Shown in pieces: positions 1 to 18,671 of a stretch of 64,000 bases of DNA (positions are counted from its first letter, which is position 1; each line of letters starts with the position of its first letter). The stretch comes from Podarcis muralis (taxonomy: Eukaryota): positions 54,560,001 to 54,624,000 of the forward strand of contig NC_135668.1 in the NCBI RefSeq assembly GCF_964188315.1, given 5' to 3'. The position numbers and the translations under genes are program-made. Under the pieces are notes generated by a model, which did not search any database, had not been told where the DNA came from, and worked only from the letters and a program-made list of their open reading frames with translations.

Positions 1-650
1 GGGCACCTCCCTGGGAGGGTGAGGAAGGGGGCCAAGGCCTGGCATGATTGCTTTCTTGACCTCTCCTTGGAGTGGCAGGCAAGGTACTGCAGACCTCCAT
101 TGTCCCCACAGGCACGGCATGAATCATGGGGCACGTTGGGTGGTTTTCTTTTAGGGCAAAACCTCGGCCGTTGTGCTTGGGGGGCTGCTGCTGCCCCCCA
201 CTTTTCCTTTTGCACCCTGCCAAAAGCTGCTCTACTTCTTTGGTCTGGGGCGGCAGAGGAGAGGGCAACAGGAGCCAGGGTGTCTCCTGCCTGCTGCTGC
301 TGCTGCGTGACCCGTGCCAGGCTGCCCAGGGGCAGCTGGGGGGAGGCAGCTTGGGCCCCTGAGGAAGTAGTCCCTTCCTCTCCTCATTCCCCCGTGAGCT
401 TCGCTGCCTCCGCAAGGCTCTTCTGCACCCCTTGCCCAGCTCCCTTCCCCGTCATTGGTGGTGGGGGGCTGTGCCCTGGGCCATGTCCTTACGCCAGTCT
501 TCTTTGCCTCTCCTTGGCATATCGAGGCCAAGAGGCGGCCCGGGAGGCCCCTGTATCCAGACCCCTCTCCCCACATGTAAATACCTTGTCTAATCGGAGT
601 CTGCTTGTCAGAGTTCTGTTCTGTGATGTGGTTTGTTTCCCCCCGTTTGT

Positions 651-656
651 ATTAAA
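651..656 (+). other. Possible polyadenylation signal (ATTAAA) of an upstream + strand gene whose 3' UTR fills the window start; CDIP1 is expected here by synteny
   Basis: ATTAAA at 651-656 follows UTR-like sequence. CDIP1 is tail-to-tail with HMOX2 in human. No coding exon is visible, so the identity is inference only. Confidence 0.25.
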
Positions 657-1508
657 GCTCTTAACTGTGACTTAACAGAAATGTGAAGGCCCTGTGCACA
701 CCTCCGTCCCCCCCACCCCCTTGGTTTTGCACTATTTCCTCCAGAAAAGCCACGGCGTTGCATGGGTGAGCAGCAGGACAAAGCAGGGCCAAGAGGGCTT
801 GTCCTGAGACTCCACACAGAGGGGGCTCGTCCATTGCCAAATGCTCCGTTTCGATGGCGGGTATCACCTTAGTTTGGCATGTGCCCCCCCCTTCCTGATG
901 CTGTGGCCTCCCACCCCCTTAAGACACAAGTCCACGCCCTCTGGCGCCCTGCCCTGGGTGCCTCGTCCGTCCCAAGGGCTGCTGCATAGGAAGACATGAG
1001 GAATGCAAAAAGGCTCTTGGCTCTGAACACTACGGATGCATCTGTGAAGTATTTTGACCCAGCAGGGAGTTTCATGCTCTTTCTCAGAGGCAACCTGTTG
1101 ATGCTTTTCCATGTTTCTATATAATTAAAATACAGACCCACAAGACTCTCTGTGTTTTTGTGTGAGAGACCGGTTGTGATTACAGGTGGGGCACCAGGCA
1201 GAGGTCATTGGGTGGGTATACTTCCTGGTTTTAGCAGGAAGAACGAGACACGAGATGTATTTGGCGGAGGTGGGGAGGGAAAGGAAGGCAAGCTGGAACC
1301 CCCTCGGGCCTTCCCTGGGCCACACTGACCATTCCCAAGACACGCAGAGAGAGGGAGGCTCCCTCTTCTCCCCTGTATGTGCCAATGCACATGCACAAGC
1401 ATGAGATCGCACTTCTGAGTGTACCTGCAACCAGACACGAATGTGCTTGCATACATGCTGGGGAAGGTTCTGCCTGCTTTTGGAAGATAAGAATCTGCCT
1501 TAGACTAA

Positions 1509-1703
1509 ATAAAAAAAATTCCTTCCAGTAGCACCTTAGAGACCAACTAAGTTTGTTATTGGTATGAGCTTCTGTGTGCATGCACACTTCTTCAGAAAGC
1601 TCATACCAATAACAAACTTAGTTGGTCTCTAAGGTGCTACTGGAAGGAATTTTTTTTTATTTTGTTTCGACTACGGCAGACCAACACGGCTACCTACCTG
1701 TAA
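1509..1703. mobile_element. Penelope-like element terminal fragment forming a fold-back hairpin
   Basis: Arms of about 65 bp (1507-1571 and 1597-1662) are near-perfect reverse complements. The insertion is flanked by the 14-bp direct repeat CTGCCTTAGACTAA (1495-1508, 1704-1717). The same ccagtagcaccttagagaccaactaagtttgtt core recurs at about 8400 and 36465. Confidence 0.7.
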
Positions 1704-2742
1704 CTGCCTTAGACTAAGACCACTGGTCCATCTAGCTCAGGAGTGTTGACACCAATTGGCAGCTCCTCTCCCAGCCCTGCTTGGAGACGCTGAGGAATGG
1801 ACCTGAGACCACTTGCATCGAGGCAACGGGGCATCGGCCCTTCCCTGCACACTTGCTGCTGGCACATTCATTTTGCCCCCTTACTCCGACTTTCCTGAAC
1901 TTTGGGAAGGCTGGCGTCTGCTCATCAGTTTTACTCTGCCCTGTTGAAATTCTCTAGCAGGAGTCTCCACAGCCAAAGCGACTTTCATTAATGCATCCCT
2001 CGAATTATGATTCATTTTACCACGACAGCCCCCCCATCTTCCCACCTCCATCTACTTGGGAGGCTTTTGGCTGGAACTGCTGGTAGGAAGGGGAAACCTC
2101 GTGAAGGGACATCTCTGTCACCCAGGGGCCCCCTCCCAAAAGGAAAAGGACGGCTCAGCTGCTGAAATGCCACTGCTGTGGGACAGCTATGAATTCAGGG
2201 GGATTAAACGAATGGTGAGCATTTGGAGAGGGGGAGGGAAATCTGGCAATGGCTAAAGGGTGGTCGTTTCCAGGCAGCCATCATGGGAGGGGAGGGGCCC
2301 TGCTTGTGATCTTCTTCAGCATCTGCTTGGAAAGCAGCAAGTTAGATTAAATGGGCTGACTTAATAGAGCTGTCCTTAATCCTCCGCTGGATAGGAGAGT
2401 TCAGTGTTCTGCTGCCTCCTCAAGGAGGCGGGGGGAGGGAAATGGCCAGAAAGACTGCCCTCGGCAGACCTCCAAATCTTGAGAAAGCTGCTACTCCAAG
2501 CCCCAACGTAAATAAGCCACCAAACCTTGAATGGGCCAGGACAAATCTGAGCTGGCAAGTTGGCCCGACTGTTGACTTTAAAGGTCTCCGTTTCCCCAGC
2601 AGTGAAAGCCAGCCACTTGCCAAGGAGTTAGCCAAAAAGAGGACTTGAAAAACCAAGTCCGGCAAGGAGAGCTGCCTGCAGTCAGGCTGTTTCCCCTTCA
2701 TCCCCAAGTCACACAGTAGTTTTAAGACACCGAAATATAAAT

Positions 2743-2748
2743 TTTATT
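2743..2748 (-). other. HMOX2: HMOX2 polyadenylation signal AATAAA
   Basis: tttatt on + at 2743-2748, about 575 nt downstream of the HMOX2 stop codon. Confidence 0.55.
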
Positions 2749-3321
2749 ATTTCCGAGTCGTTAACACAGTCCATAAGTTACAGGGAAACTAAACCGTTAG
2801 CGTTTCTCTTATGTACAAGAGGGTAACTGAAAGTATGCAGTTCGTCTACTACGTACCTGGAATGCCACAAAGTCGGAGACCACCATGAGCGGAAGCGGAA
2901 GGGGCAGGGCGCTTCCTGCCCCCTCCCTGCCCCCCCTTGCAAGGAGGCAAACTGTTTGGTCCCGCCCATGGTAGTGCCCAGACCTCCCTCTCCACCAGGC
3001 AAAGGCGGGCAGGGAGTTGTGGGTCTGGGAACGAGCTGCCAGGCTCCACCCAGGGCTTTGGTATTCAACAAAGCGCAGTGCCAAGCAAGCAGCCCGGGTG
3101 TGTGTGTGTGTCTCTAGTGCCATCTTGCTAGCTAACCCACCGAAACACCGCTCGTGTACAGACAGGCAGGAGGGCATCTCCCCCATTCTCTCATTCCTTG
3201 TGCATTTGGGTTTAATGGTTTCTTAATTAAATCGTTCCACCTGAGTCGGTGGGAAACAGTCAGAGTCCCGCCAAGTAAGTGCCACTGTCACCAGGAAGCA
3301 GCAGCAGAGTGCGCTGCCTCC

Positions 3322-3988
3322 TCACATCACGTACCAGGCCACAACTCCTGCGGCGACAGCAACGCAGGCCGCCAGGACCAGCTGGACGGTGGGCAGTTTC
3401 AGCAGAGCCAAGGCCACGTGGCAGGGGCAGCTGGAGACTTCGGCAGCGCCTGGGGAGAGGGAGCAGGGAGAGAAGGGTGGAATCAGAGACCGGCAGGGGC
3501 ACAGGCCAGGCACCCAAAGAGGGAGGGAGGGAGGGAGGTGTAAGAAGGAGACCCACCTAGCTTGGTGGCGTAGTAGGGGCACTTGCGCAGGTCTCCTTTC
3601 CCATCGTGCACAGGGAGGCCCCCCTCTTGGGTTTCTTCTGCTAACAAAGCCCCGATCTTGTCCAGTTCCTCAAACACCTGCAGAGAAGGGGCAGGGAGAA
3701 GCCATGAGCCATGAGAATAAAAACAAAGAGGGAAAGGATTTGCTGAACCAACTAATTGAACTGGATACAAAAAAGGGAGGTGTGAGGAGGTCCGGGGAAC
3801 AAGCGAATGAAAGATAAGACACGGAAAGATTGAATTGTTTTTAACTGTTTTTACTTTGTATTTTTTCTTTTTTTCTTTTTGGAATATTTTGAAAACTTTA
3901 ATAAAAAATTTTCTAAAAAAAAAAGGAGGAGCCAGAGCAACCCCCCCCCCGGAGTCCTGGTGCACTCTAATAATAATTTATTATTATA

Positions 3989-4021
<33 letters not shown>

Positions 4022-7000
4022 CATTTATACCCGCTGCCCGGATTTTGGGTGAGAGTCTAATAATAATAATAATAATACAGTAGTACCTCGGGTTACATAC
4101 ACTTCAGGTTACAGACTCTGCTAACCCAGAAATAGTGCTTCAGGTTAAGAACTTTGCTTCAGGATGAGAACAGAAATCACGCAGCGGCAGCGGGATGCCC
4201 CATTAGCTACAATGGTACTTCAGGTTAAGAACAGTTTCAGGTTAAGAATGGACCTCCAGAACGAATTAAGTACTTAACCTGATGTACCATTGTAATAATA
4301 ATTTATTATTTGTACCCTACCCATCTGGCTGGGTTTCCCCAGCCACTCTGGGCGGCTTCCAACAGAACACTAAAATACAATAACCTATTAAACATTAAAA
4401 GCTTCCCTAAACAGGGCTGCCTTCAGATGCCTTCTAAAAGTCTGGTAGTTGTTTTTCTCTTTGACATCTGGTGGGAGGGCGTTCCACTGGGCGGGTGCCA
4501 CTACCGAGGAGGCCCTCAGCGCTGGACCCCAGTGTCTGGGCAGAACGATGGGGGTGGAGATGCTTGCCGGTCAAGGGCTGGCCTGAGTTTCTAGTCAAAG
4601 GAGGTCCAACAGTGGCGAGCAGCAGGCAAATCCCAGCCCAGGGCCTGGCACCAACCAAGCCAAGGCCTTGGCAGGCTGCAGTTGCCTGGGTGGTCCAGAG
4701 ATTTCAGCAAGGCCTGCTCATCCCTTAGTGGGACCTCTTCAGCGGGAAGACACATTTTGCCTCTGGGTCTGCCCCTTTGGGCAACGCTTTACTGAGACTC
4801 TGTGTGTGTGTGCACATGCTGCCGACAGGGGGCTAGAAACTTGTTTCACAACAACACTCAACCTCCTGTGCCAGGTGGCTGTTCAGTCGCAACCCTGGCA
4901 ACGGATGCCACAGATTTGTGACCTTTGTACACAGCGCAGGAGCCGGTGCTGCTGACTGCTCCCTCGAGGATGTGGGCCAAGGAGGGCAAAAGGTAGGGGG
5001 AGGGAGGTGTCAGGCAACCCGGTCCAGAGCAGAGGCCGGAGGCACAACCCTGCCCGGGAGAAAGCACCAAGGGGCCAGCCTCAAAGCCAGGCTGAGAACT
5101 ACAGGGAGGGCAAAGGCTGGCTAACTGACAGGGGGATTCCCGCAAGCACCCCCCACCCCAGCAGGCAGCAGGTCCGGGTTTGTAGCCCCTCCTGTCAGCA
5201 GAAGCTGCTTCTTCCTCCTGAGCTCCAGGTGGGGTCTTCTCTGCAGCCGAAACAGCCTCCCCCGGCTCCGTACCTGCATGTTGAATTCAAAGGCCTTGTT
5301 GGCCTCTTCGACGATCCTCTCCTTGGTCCCCTTGTCCAAGTCCAGGGCGTTGAGCCGGGCTCTGTAGAACTGCTTGAACTGCTGGGGGTTGGAAATGTTG
5401 TCGAAGATGTAGAACTGGACCCCCTCGCCGGTGCTGGGCAGCTTCAGCGCCCGCTGGGCCACCTTCTTCAGCACCTGCCCCCCTGACAGGTCCCCCATGT
5501 AGCGGGTGTAGGCATGAGCCACCAGCAGCTCCGGCTCGTGCTGTCCCACATGCCGGATGCGGTCGATGTAGCGCTGGGTGGCCTCTGAGCACTGGACCTT
5601 CTCCTGCCAGCCTTCCCCGTAGAAATACTCCAGGTCTTTCATCAGGGCCTCCTTCCGGTGCAGCTCCAGGGGGAAGTAGAGAGGGGTGAAGCCCGGCTGG
5701 TCCTTGTTGCGCTCCATCTCCTCCTCCAGGGCAGAGTACGTGAAGTACAGGGCCACGGTGCCCAGCTGCGAGAGAGAAGAGGAGCCATGTGGGGAAAGGA
5801 GACAGCACGCAACCCCGGCTTCCCCTCCAGAGAGCCTCACCTGGTCAGGAATTATGGGGCCTGGCAGAGGTGAGGGGGCACAGCTTGCCCACCTCTAGCC
5901 TACAATGCCTGACTGGCAGAAGCTCTCCTGGGTCCCAGGCAGAGAAGAGTCTTCCCAGGCGCTGTTGCTCGAACCATTTTCATGCCGAGATGCGGAGGGC
6001 ATGGAAGCAGGGGCTCTGCTAGGGCACTTGGCTGCACTCTCAGGCTGGCCTCCTTTGCCCCAGGCCATGCTGCTTGGGAACCCTCCTAACTGCCTGGGCA
6101 ACATGTCAGCAACTCCTTTCAAATGAGGGGTTTGGAGCCCATCGGGTGGCTGCTTGAATTTCACTGATCTGCCCCCACGATCTGATGAGTTCACGGTGGA
6201 CTATGGAGGGCAGCAGGTTTGAGGCAAAAGACTAGAGACTGGAACAGTCCTGGGTGATGTGGGCTAAAACATTGCCTCCCTGGATGGTCCCCCCGAAGGA
6301 GTTGCTTCTGGATCCAGTGCTGTCTCTGGGGGCTCACACAGCCTCAGTGGCTAGAAGGGCCTTTTACCAGCTACGACTGGTTCTACAGTTACAGCTGTTC
6401 CTGACACAGGAAAGCCTGGCCCCTATAGTTCATGCATTAAGTGACTTCAAGGCTAGATTATGGCAATGCGCTGCCTGTGGGTCTTCCTTTGTGCTTGATC
6501 TGGAAGCTGCAGTTAGTGCAAAATGCTGCGGGGCCATTGCTGCCAGCAGTGGGGCCATGTCAGTCTATAACCCCTGTGCTTGGAGATCTGCACCGGTTGC
6601 TACTGAGCCAGGTTAGTATATAAAGCCCTTAACAACCAGGGACCAGTTTACCTATGAAATCACCTTATCACACTCAACCGCTTCGGTCGGCAGAACTGTC
6701 ACTACGACAGCTGCTACATAATACCATTCTGCATTTATAAGAACTTCATTGTTTGGCAGCACCTAGACTTGGGGACTCCCTGCGCAGGTGCACAGCCTGG
6801 GAGTCATTTGGGACTCACAGCTGTCCATGGAGTTGCAGGTCAATTGTGTCCAGGCCAATACGGTATCTTATAAACACTTTGAGTTTTTAAAACAAATAAT
6901 CAAGTGGTGTATAAGTGTTATGAAATAACATATAAGTAAGATCTCCAGCCCCTGACTAGTGAACAGGGAAGGCTGAGCAGCTGCCACTAAGCCCACTTCT

Positions 7001-8698
7001 GACCAGTCACAGGGGGACTATTCAACAGAGCCAGAAGCACCTGCGCCCAACAGCTGGGCTAAGTTCTTTGCTGGGGGAGAGAGCTCCCCACAGGCCACAC
7101 AGCACATATGAATCGCATCCCCCATCTGCTAAAACGGGGTGGGGCAACCTCTGCTGCCGCCCCCCCCCAGCTGATGCTCAACTACAACTCCCATCAGCCA
7201 ATGGTCAATGGCCAGGGCTGATGGGAGGTGCAGTTCAGCAACACCTGGAGGACTAAAGGTTGCCTACACCTGTTCTAAAGAGGGATCATAGCCAGCACAC
7301 TGCAAGACGCACCTTGAAGAGCTCCCTCTTGATGCGCCCTTTCAGGAAATCCTTGACAAACTGAGTGTTTTCAGCCCGATCATGTGATTCCTTGGTCCCT
7401 TCCTTGAGCAGCTCAGACAAGTCTGTGGCGCTGTGGAGAGACAGAAGTGCCCAAAGGGAAGAGGTCTTACATGCGCAGCCCGAGATCGGAAGCAGCTGGC
7501 ACGTGCTTGATTCAGCCTCCCAGCACCCAAAAACAACCAGCCCAGAACTCTCAGGCCCCATGAAACCACCACAAACACTGCTGTGCCTTTCTGCACTCCA
7601 GGGCAAGAGAAGGCATTACACTCACCCACTCCATGCAATGTGCCGTCAGCACCCCAAGCCTCACCAACCTGTCCTCCGAGAGCCTTGTACATGCCTGGAA
7701 AACAGCCCAGGACGCCTCCTGCTGCCTACAGGCTGCCTGTGCCCTTGCTTTTCCCCACCTTGGCCAGAGTTATTGGCCTTACCTGGATGAGTGCTCTAAT
7801 CTGGGAGACTCCCCCCAGCCCACCTGCTTCCATTTGGTTCCGTCAATGAGCTCCATAACACCTTCAGAGAGAGCTGAGCTAGGTGCCATTTTCCCAGAGG
7901 GGCTTCTTGGCAGCACAGATACTGAACTCTGAAAGCACTCTCTGGATATGGCAGGCTGAGGACTCTGAAGACCCCCAGCTAAGAATCTCTCAGGGAGGAG
8001 TGGGTTTCATTACCAAACAAACTTCCCTTCATTCAGCACCTGGCTTAGCAGGGAAGAGGTTTCACCCAGCATGACAAACACCCCAGGCTGAAACACCAGC
8101 GTCCCTTCTTCAAGTTCCCACATCTGAGGCAGCAGCAGGAACATCAATATGCAGAAAGTTAATTGTGTCGAACCTGTATTTTTGATCACTGTATTCTGTC
8201 TACTTGTTCTTAAAGTGTGTTGCTTTTTTTTCAGTTGATAACCAGTATTTTATGTAGATCACTTAACAGATTTTATTTTATTAAGCCGCCTATAAATTGT
8301 GTTACGATGAACCAAATAAGTCTCCTTTTGGGGCATTTTCACTTCATTTTCTTGCTCCAGGCCTACTCACATTCATGCAGTTGAAATAAATAAAAAAATT
8401 GTCCAGTAGCACCTTAGAGACCAACTAAGTTTGTTCTGGGTATAAGCTTTCGTGTGCATGCACATGATTTTTTTATTTATTTCGACTGCGTCAGACCAAC
8501 ACGGCTATCTACCTGAATCTAGAACCACATTCACACAGTAATATTGCATCAAACCACAAGGAGAAGATCTCCCAGCCTGCCACTGCGGCCTCTGCCAATA
8601 TTTCCTTCTCCTCCTCACCTCACATTGTCATCCTCCTCCAACTCCTCATAGGAGAGATTTTCAGGCTCCTCCAGTGCCTCTGTTACATCAGACGACAT
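3322..8698 (-). CDS. HMOX2: Heme oxygenase 2 (312 aa, 5 coding exons)
   Basis: Coding exons 8698-8619 ([13 protein letters not shown]...), 7430-7313 ([31 protein letters not shown]), 5765-5274 ([16 protein letters not shown]...[19 protein letters not shown]...FEFNMQ), 3677-3557 (VFEELD...RKCPYY) and 3449-3322 (SSCPC...hydrophobic tail WYVM*). All introns are GT-AG with compatible phases; the total is 939 nt. Confidence 0.97.
4078..4292. mobile_element. Tigger/pogo-like (Tc1-mariner) MITE
   Basis: TIRs CAGTAGTACCTCGGGTTA / TAACCTGATGTACCATTG with TA on both sides; inserted in a (TAA)n tract. Confidence 0.8.
4300..4570 (-). mobile_element. L2-clade LINE 3' fragment
   Basis: The minus strand encodes [17 protein letters not shown] and has a (TAA)n-rich tail; same family as the copies at 34.3, 50.2, 51.2 and 63.4 kb. 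Confidence 0.7.
6240..6830 (+). mobile_element. Degenerate L2 LINE ORF2 fragment
   Basis: Frame fragments [16 protein letters not shown]...KLQLVQNAA...ITPVLGDLH, typical of the L2 ORF2 C-terminal region. Confidence 0.7.
8388..8520. mobile_element. Penelope-like terminal fragment (second copy)
   Basis: Shares ccagtagcaccttagagaccaactaagtttgtt...gctttcgtgtgcatgcac and cagaccaacacggcta with the 1.5 kb element. Confidence 0.65.
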
Positions 8699-11614
8699 TC
8701 TGCAACCAGTGGATCTTGGCTGGGCTGCAGGACACTTTGCTCAATCCTCAATTACCTGTTCAGAAAGAGAAAGAGTCATTTACACAGCCACAAGTCTGCA
8801 GCATCCTTAACAGTCAAATAAGATTCATGCAGCTGGAGCTGAAAACCAAGCTTTGCAGATCAAAGGCTAACAACGTGGTGGTGCAAAGCATTAATCTGAT
8901 CCGTTTGTGACCAAGCCAACTTAGAAGTGCAGGATTTTAAGCCTACCACCCCAAATGTAAGTCCTTGTCACCAGGAACTTTCACTGTGCGGTCCAATAAA
9001 CTGCCCACTCTTCAGTAAGAACAGCCTCCGACTAAGCTCCATGGTCAGCCTGAGAACTGAGGAGAGCAAAGAGCCCAGTTTGATGTGTAATTGCTGAGCA
9101 AACCATTGTTTGGGCTGCAGCTGCCCCGGCAGCAGAAAGAGTAGCAAAGAAGTCCTTCAATGCCTGCCTTTCATTTCTAGGATTTGGGCTGCAGCAGCAG
9201 CAACTTGGTGAGCCATTGAAACTGCTCCAGGGGAACAAAGGGAGGGAGCAGCCAAAGCTGAATGCGAGCCAGCTCTGCCAGCCATGCCATGAAGGACATG
9301 CAGGGGACAGGACAGATGATACCTATGGCCAGGAACAACAAGATAGGCAGAAACACTGCAGGGCTTGCAGGCAGGTATGGGAAAGAGAGATAGAGAGACA
9401 GACAGGCAAATACAGCAAGACACAGGGAGACACGTCGAAAGAGAGAGATGGGATGTGGGAACTGCATCTCCTCAAGTTAGTGGGGACAAAGTAACAGGAG
9501 GTACAGTGCCAGTGCTTTAAAAGGGTGCCACAAGCTACCCATCAGCACCATTACACCCTGTCGAGCTGCAGCAGCCCCTGCCTTGCGCCACCTCACCCAG
9601 CCCCCTCAGGGAAATCCTGGTCTTAACTAATGCATTTCTGATTTGGTGCCTTGGTGGAAAAGTGCAAATGAGCAACTCAGCCAGGATTTAAAAGAGTCTG
9701 CCCTCAACACCTAATCAGGTCTGGGCCTTGAGATTTTGCAATACATTATAACCCTATTTCAATTTGGCTACACAAGCCTGGTGATGCATCAAGTACCAGC
9801 CACAGACATCATGCCCTCCATCGAAATGCCATCAGAGGACACTGGTTGCTCAGAAACCTGCTCCAAATCATGCACCCTGCTGCCAGTTCCTTTCCTAGAC
9901 CACAGGGAACATGGAGACGTTTTGCAAATCACTGCTAGTTAGCTCTTCAGTTCCTTTCTGAGTGGCCATTGCCCAAAAGGACACCACATACCAGTCACAA
10001 AGGCACCTTATTATAAGCAAGTGATGGATAGGGGCAAAAGTTATTCCCATCCCAGAGCACAGGAACCAGCTGAGTGCTGCTACAGATGTGCACACTTCAA
10101 GGCAATCCATCAGCCAAATTACAGTTCGAGAGACAAAACTTCCTTCTCTAAAATGTCCCAGGAGGAGGCCGCACCCCAGCCACCTCCTGCCACAGGATTC
10201 GAGTCGCCACCATGCCAACTAGGCAAGGACTTGACGTCAGGAGGCTGTTGATACCAGGAAACCTCCCACTGCCTTTGCCTTCGTTTCAGGAAAACCTATG
10301 CATCATACCACCAGAGGGCTGGCAGAATGATCCACTTACAAGCTGCTCAGGCACAGCTCACTTCCAGAGACTAGGAATTTCTTCTTTCTTTCTCAGAGGC
10401 CAACAGTTCCAAAGGAACTTGAGAAAGGATCCGTTAGGAACTTATATGAGTGCCCCCCCCCAGACGAATTCCCTCTAACACTGCTTCTAATATTTTCAGC
10501 TAGACCAGTACAGTTCCAAAGGAAAATCACAAGTTGCCTACTCAAAAAATGCAAATGAAGTATACAGGACAATGAAATGTTAATAAGTTAACACAGTTAG
10601 CAGCTTAACTATATTTCCAGCACTTTTGACACTCAGTTTCCAAGCTGACTGAGTCTTGGACCCAAGGGGCTAGCACTCTGATACAGGAGTGGGATGCTCA
10701 GGATAGTGCCAGGCCCCATTCAAGAGGGAGCAGCAACAGCACGACCTTCAGATGCTCAGGCAGGACAGCTAAGCATCCTCCACTTCACCACATGGAAGAA
10801 GCCATGGCAGGTAGTGGAACCTCCAAGTCCAGAAGCAGCAGGCTGCAGATTACCAACCGCTTGGGCTGGGAGAGGTGGTGGTAAAATGACGGAGGGCTGC
10901 AATCTTCACGCACCACATGGATGCTTGCAGGCAGCATCCTGCTGGCTGCTGTTGGAACCAGGATGCCAGAACAGTTGGGCTGCCTGGTCTGACCCACTAG
11001 GACTCTTCCGCGGTATTAGCTGTGGTAGCTAAACTACAGGCTCCACATCCAGAGGCAGCTTGCCTGTGGGTAAATCCCAGAACCATAGTTAAAGAACAGG
11101 AAGCTGAGAGTCGGAATAGATAATACACACCCCCCCCCGAATGGAGGGGTGCAAGAAGTGGGATCCCCCAGGAAACTTGTTCATAAATCAGGTAATTTAA
11201 ATGGACCCTCTTCACAAGGGAGGGAGGGAAGAACGAAGTCCAGATATAGTTCTTGCATCCCTCCACGGTGGAGTCTGTCTGCTTCTTCCTACTCTCAGCC
11301 TCCTGCTTTTTAACCAATAAATAACACGTGGGGCTTTTTAGTTGGGTGCGAGTAGTGAGTAAAGTGATGCAGGGGCAAAAACCTATTCACATTTGTGAAG
11401 AAAGTCCTTCCTTTTCTCCTAATCCAGTGAGGCTGAATAGTAGAAATTGGGGGTGGGCAGAAGCAAAAACCCCCTCCATGCAGGTAAGCGACTGAAATTA
11501 AGTGCGTGTCAGACTAGAAGGTGGTTTCCGATCCCCTCCTTGGCCACAGAGCTCATTGGGGGTGACACTGGGAGCCAAGCACTGCGTCCCTGAGCCTCCC
11601 TCGCAGGGTTATTG

Positions 11615-11770
11615 TGGGGATCAGAGGAGGACCAGGGCCCAGCAGAGACCAGGGTTCAAATCCCCCCTCAACTCAGCCGTCATGAGCCTCACTGGACATG
11701 ACCTTCAGCCACTTGCCATCTCTCTCATCCGACCTACCTCACAGGGTTGTTGTGGTGGTGGGAGTCTGAC
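11615..11770 (+). mobile_element. tRNA-derived SINE (degenerate)
   Basis: B-box-like ggttcaaatccc followed by a MIR-like core (acctcacagggttgttgtgg). Confidence 0.5.
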
Positions 11771-11798
11771 TTAGTTATGTACTGTCATTGTACCCCCA

Positions 11799-11834
<36 letters not shown>

Positions 11835-12029
11835 CAGGCACCTCAAGGGGGGTGGGGTGAGTGGTTCTTCTCCCTCCTCCTCTCTGAATCCCCAACAACA
11901 CCCCTGCGAGGCAGGCCAGGCCTGAGGGAGGCGCTTCCAAGATGGGGAGGGGGGTGCAAGAGAGATTAAACGAGCCCTGATCCCCCCAAGTTTCTAGTCC
12001 TCACTAGGAACCCCCCCCCCCCACACAAC

Positions 12030-12800
12030 GCCCCTGCGAGGTGGGCACGGCGGCAGCTGGCCGGCCTGGCGCTCCTGGGGAAAGGGGCTCGGAGGCGGCC
12101 CTCTGCGCATGCCCAGGGGAAGCCCGGCCAACGGCCGCCGCGGAACCGTTACCTCAGCCGGCCGTCGCTCCTGCCGCTTCCTCCGGGTCTCCTCACGGTC
12201 TAGAGGCACTTCCGGTCAGCGCCTCCGCCGGACGGAGCTCCGCCCCCTCGCGCTTGTCACGCGCACAAAGGGCCGCTTCCTAGGCGCGGCGGGCGGCCTA
12301 TCGGCGGGCGAGCTGCGCGTTTGTGACGGCGGCGGGGCCCGCCCCCTCGGGGGAGGGGCCGAGGCTGGCCCGGAAATAGGCGGGGAATAAACCTCACTGC
12401 GCCACGCCCCCTCCCCTGCTCGGCCAGAGAGATGAGAGCGGCGGGAAGGGAGGGCGGGAGGCGCGCCTCTCCTCTGCCCCCGCGCGGCGCCTGCGTGGCA
12501 CTGCAGGGAGAGAGGCGGAGAGGGACTTTGTTGTACAGTGTTATCTTTATTGCCACAAAGCCAGTAAAATAAAATAAAAAAATAGCAAAGCCATGCCGCT
12601 GCTGCAGTGAAGCCCCTGCGGGGGAGAGAGTGCCTCCGAGCATGTGCAGAGTTCCTTTCCCCTTTCCCTCCCGCGGGCTGGACTGCGTGACGACATCGCC
12701 GTGCCTTTCGGAGTCACGCGCTGCTCACGAGGCTCCCTCGCACCAGGACGCCTTTTTCCTGCGGATTATCGTGATCACCAAGAGTCGTGAGTCTCTAGCC
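12030..12800. promoter_or_regulatory. CpG-island bidirectional promoter of HMOX2 (-) and NMRAL1 (+), including the non-coding first exons
   Basis: Very GC- and CpG-rich. ETS/GABP-type CACTTCCGGT at 12207-12216 and several GC boxes. A minus-strand donor (G|GTAAC) would end HMOX2 exon 1 at 12153; a candidate plus-strand donor GTGAGT lies at about 12787. Confidence 0.75.
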
Positions 12801-13140
12801 ATGTGCATTCAGGGCGTTACCCTTAACACGTGTATTGACCAGGGGATGAAGAAATCCCAGCCCCCGTCATTCCAGATTGTGCCAAGTGGGGTCTCCAGTC
12901 CCTTCCAGGGACTAACTGGTGGCTCAGCCCGAGTGAAACGGGCATCCGATCTGCGATCCTTCCGTTGCAATTCCTGCATTGCAGGGGGGTTGGGCTGGAT
13001 GACCTTTGGGTACCCCCCTCCAAGTCCTGCCTGGTGTCAGGAAAGCAGCGCCAAGGCGGGAGCAATCTCCCTCGAGACCTTTGCAAAAGTTCTTTCTTCC
13101 TTTCTCCAAGGTAGCCAAAGTACCCTCAGCTCCTCCGAGG

Positions 13141-18671
<5,531 letters not shown>

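Noticed and set aside
19-675. 218-aa ORF at the window start
   Set aside because: Low-complexity Cys/Ala/Pro translation of GC-rich UTR-like DNA with no recognisable domain or splice pattern.
5560-5610. HMOX2 lacks the Cys-Pro motif in the catalytic core (QCSE rather than human QCPK)
   Set aside because: From memory rodent HMOX2 also has Cys-Ser here, and the two C-terminal CP motifs are intact.
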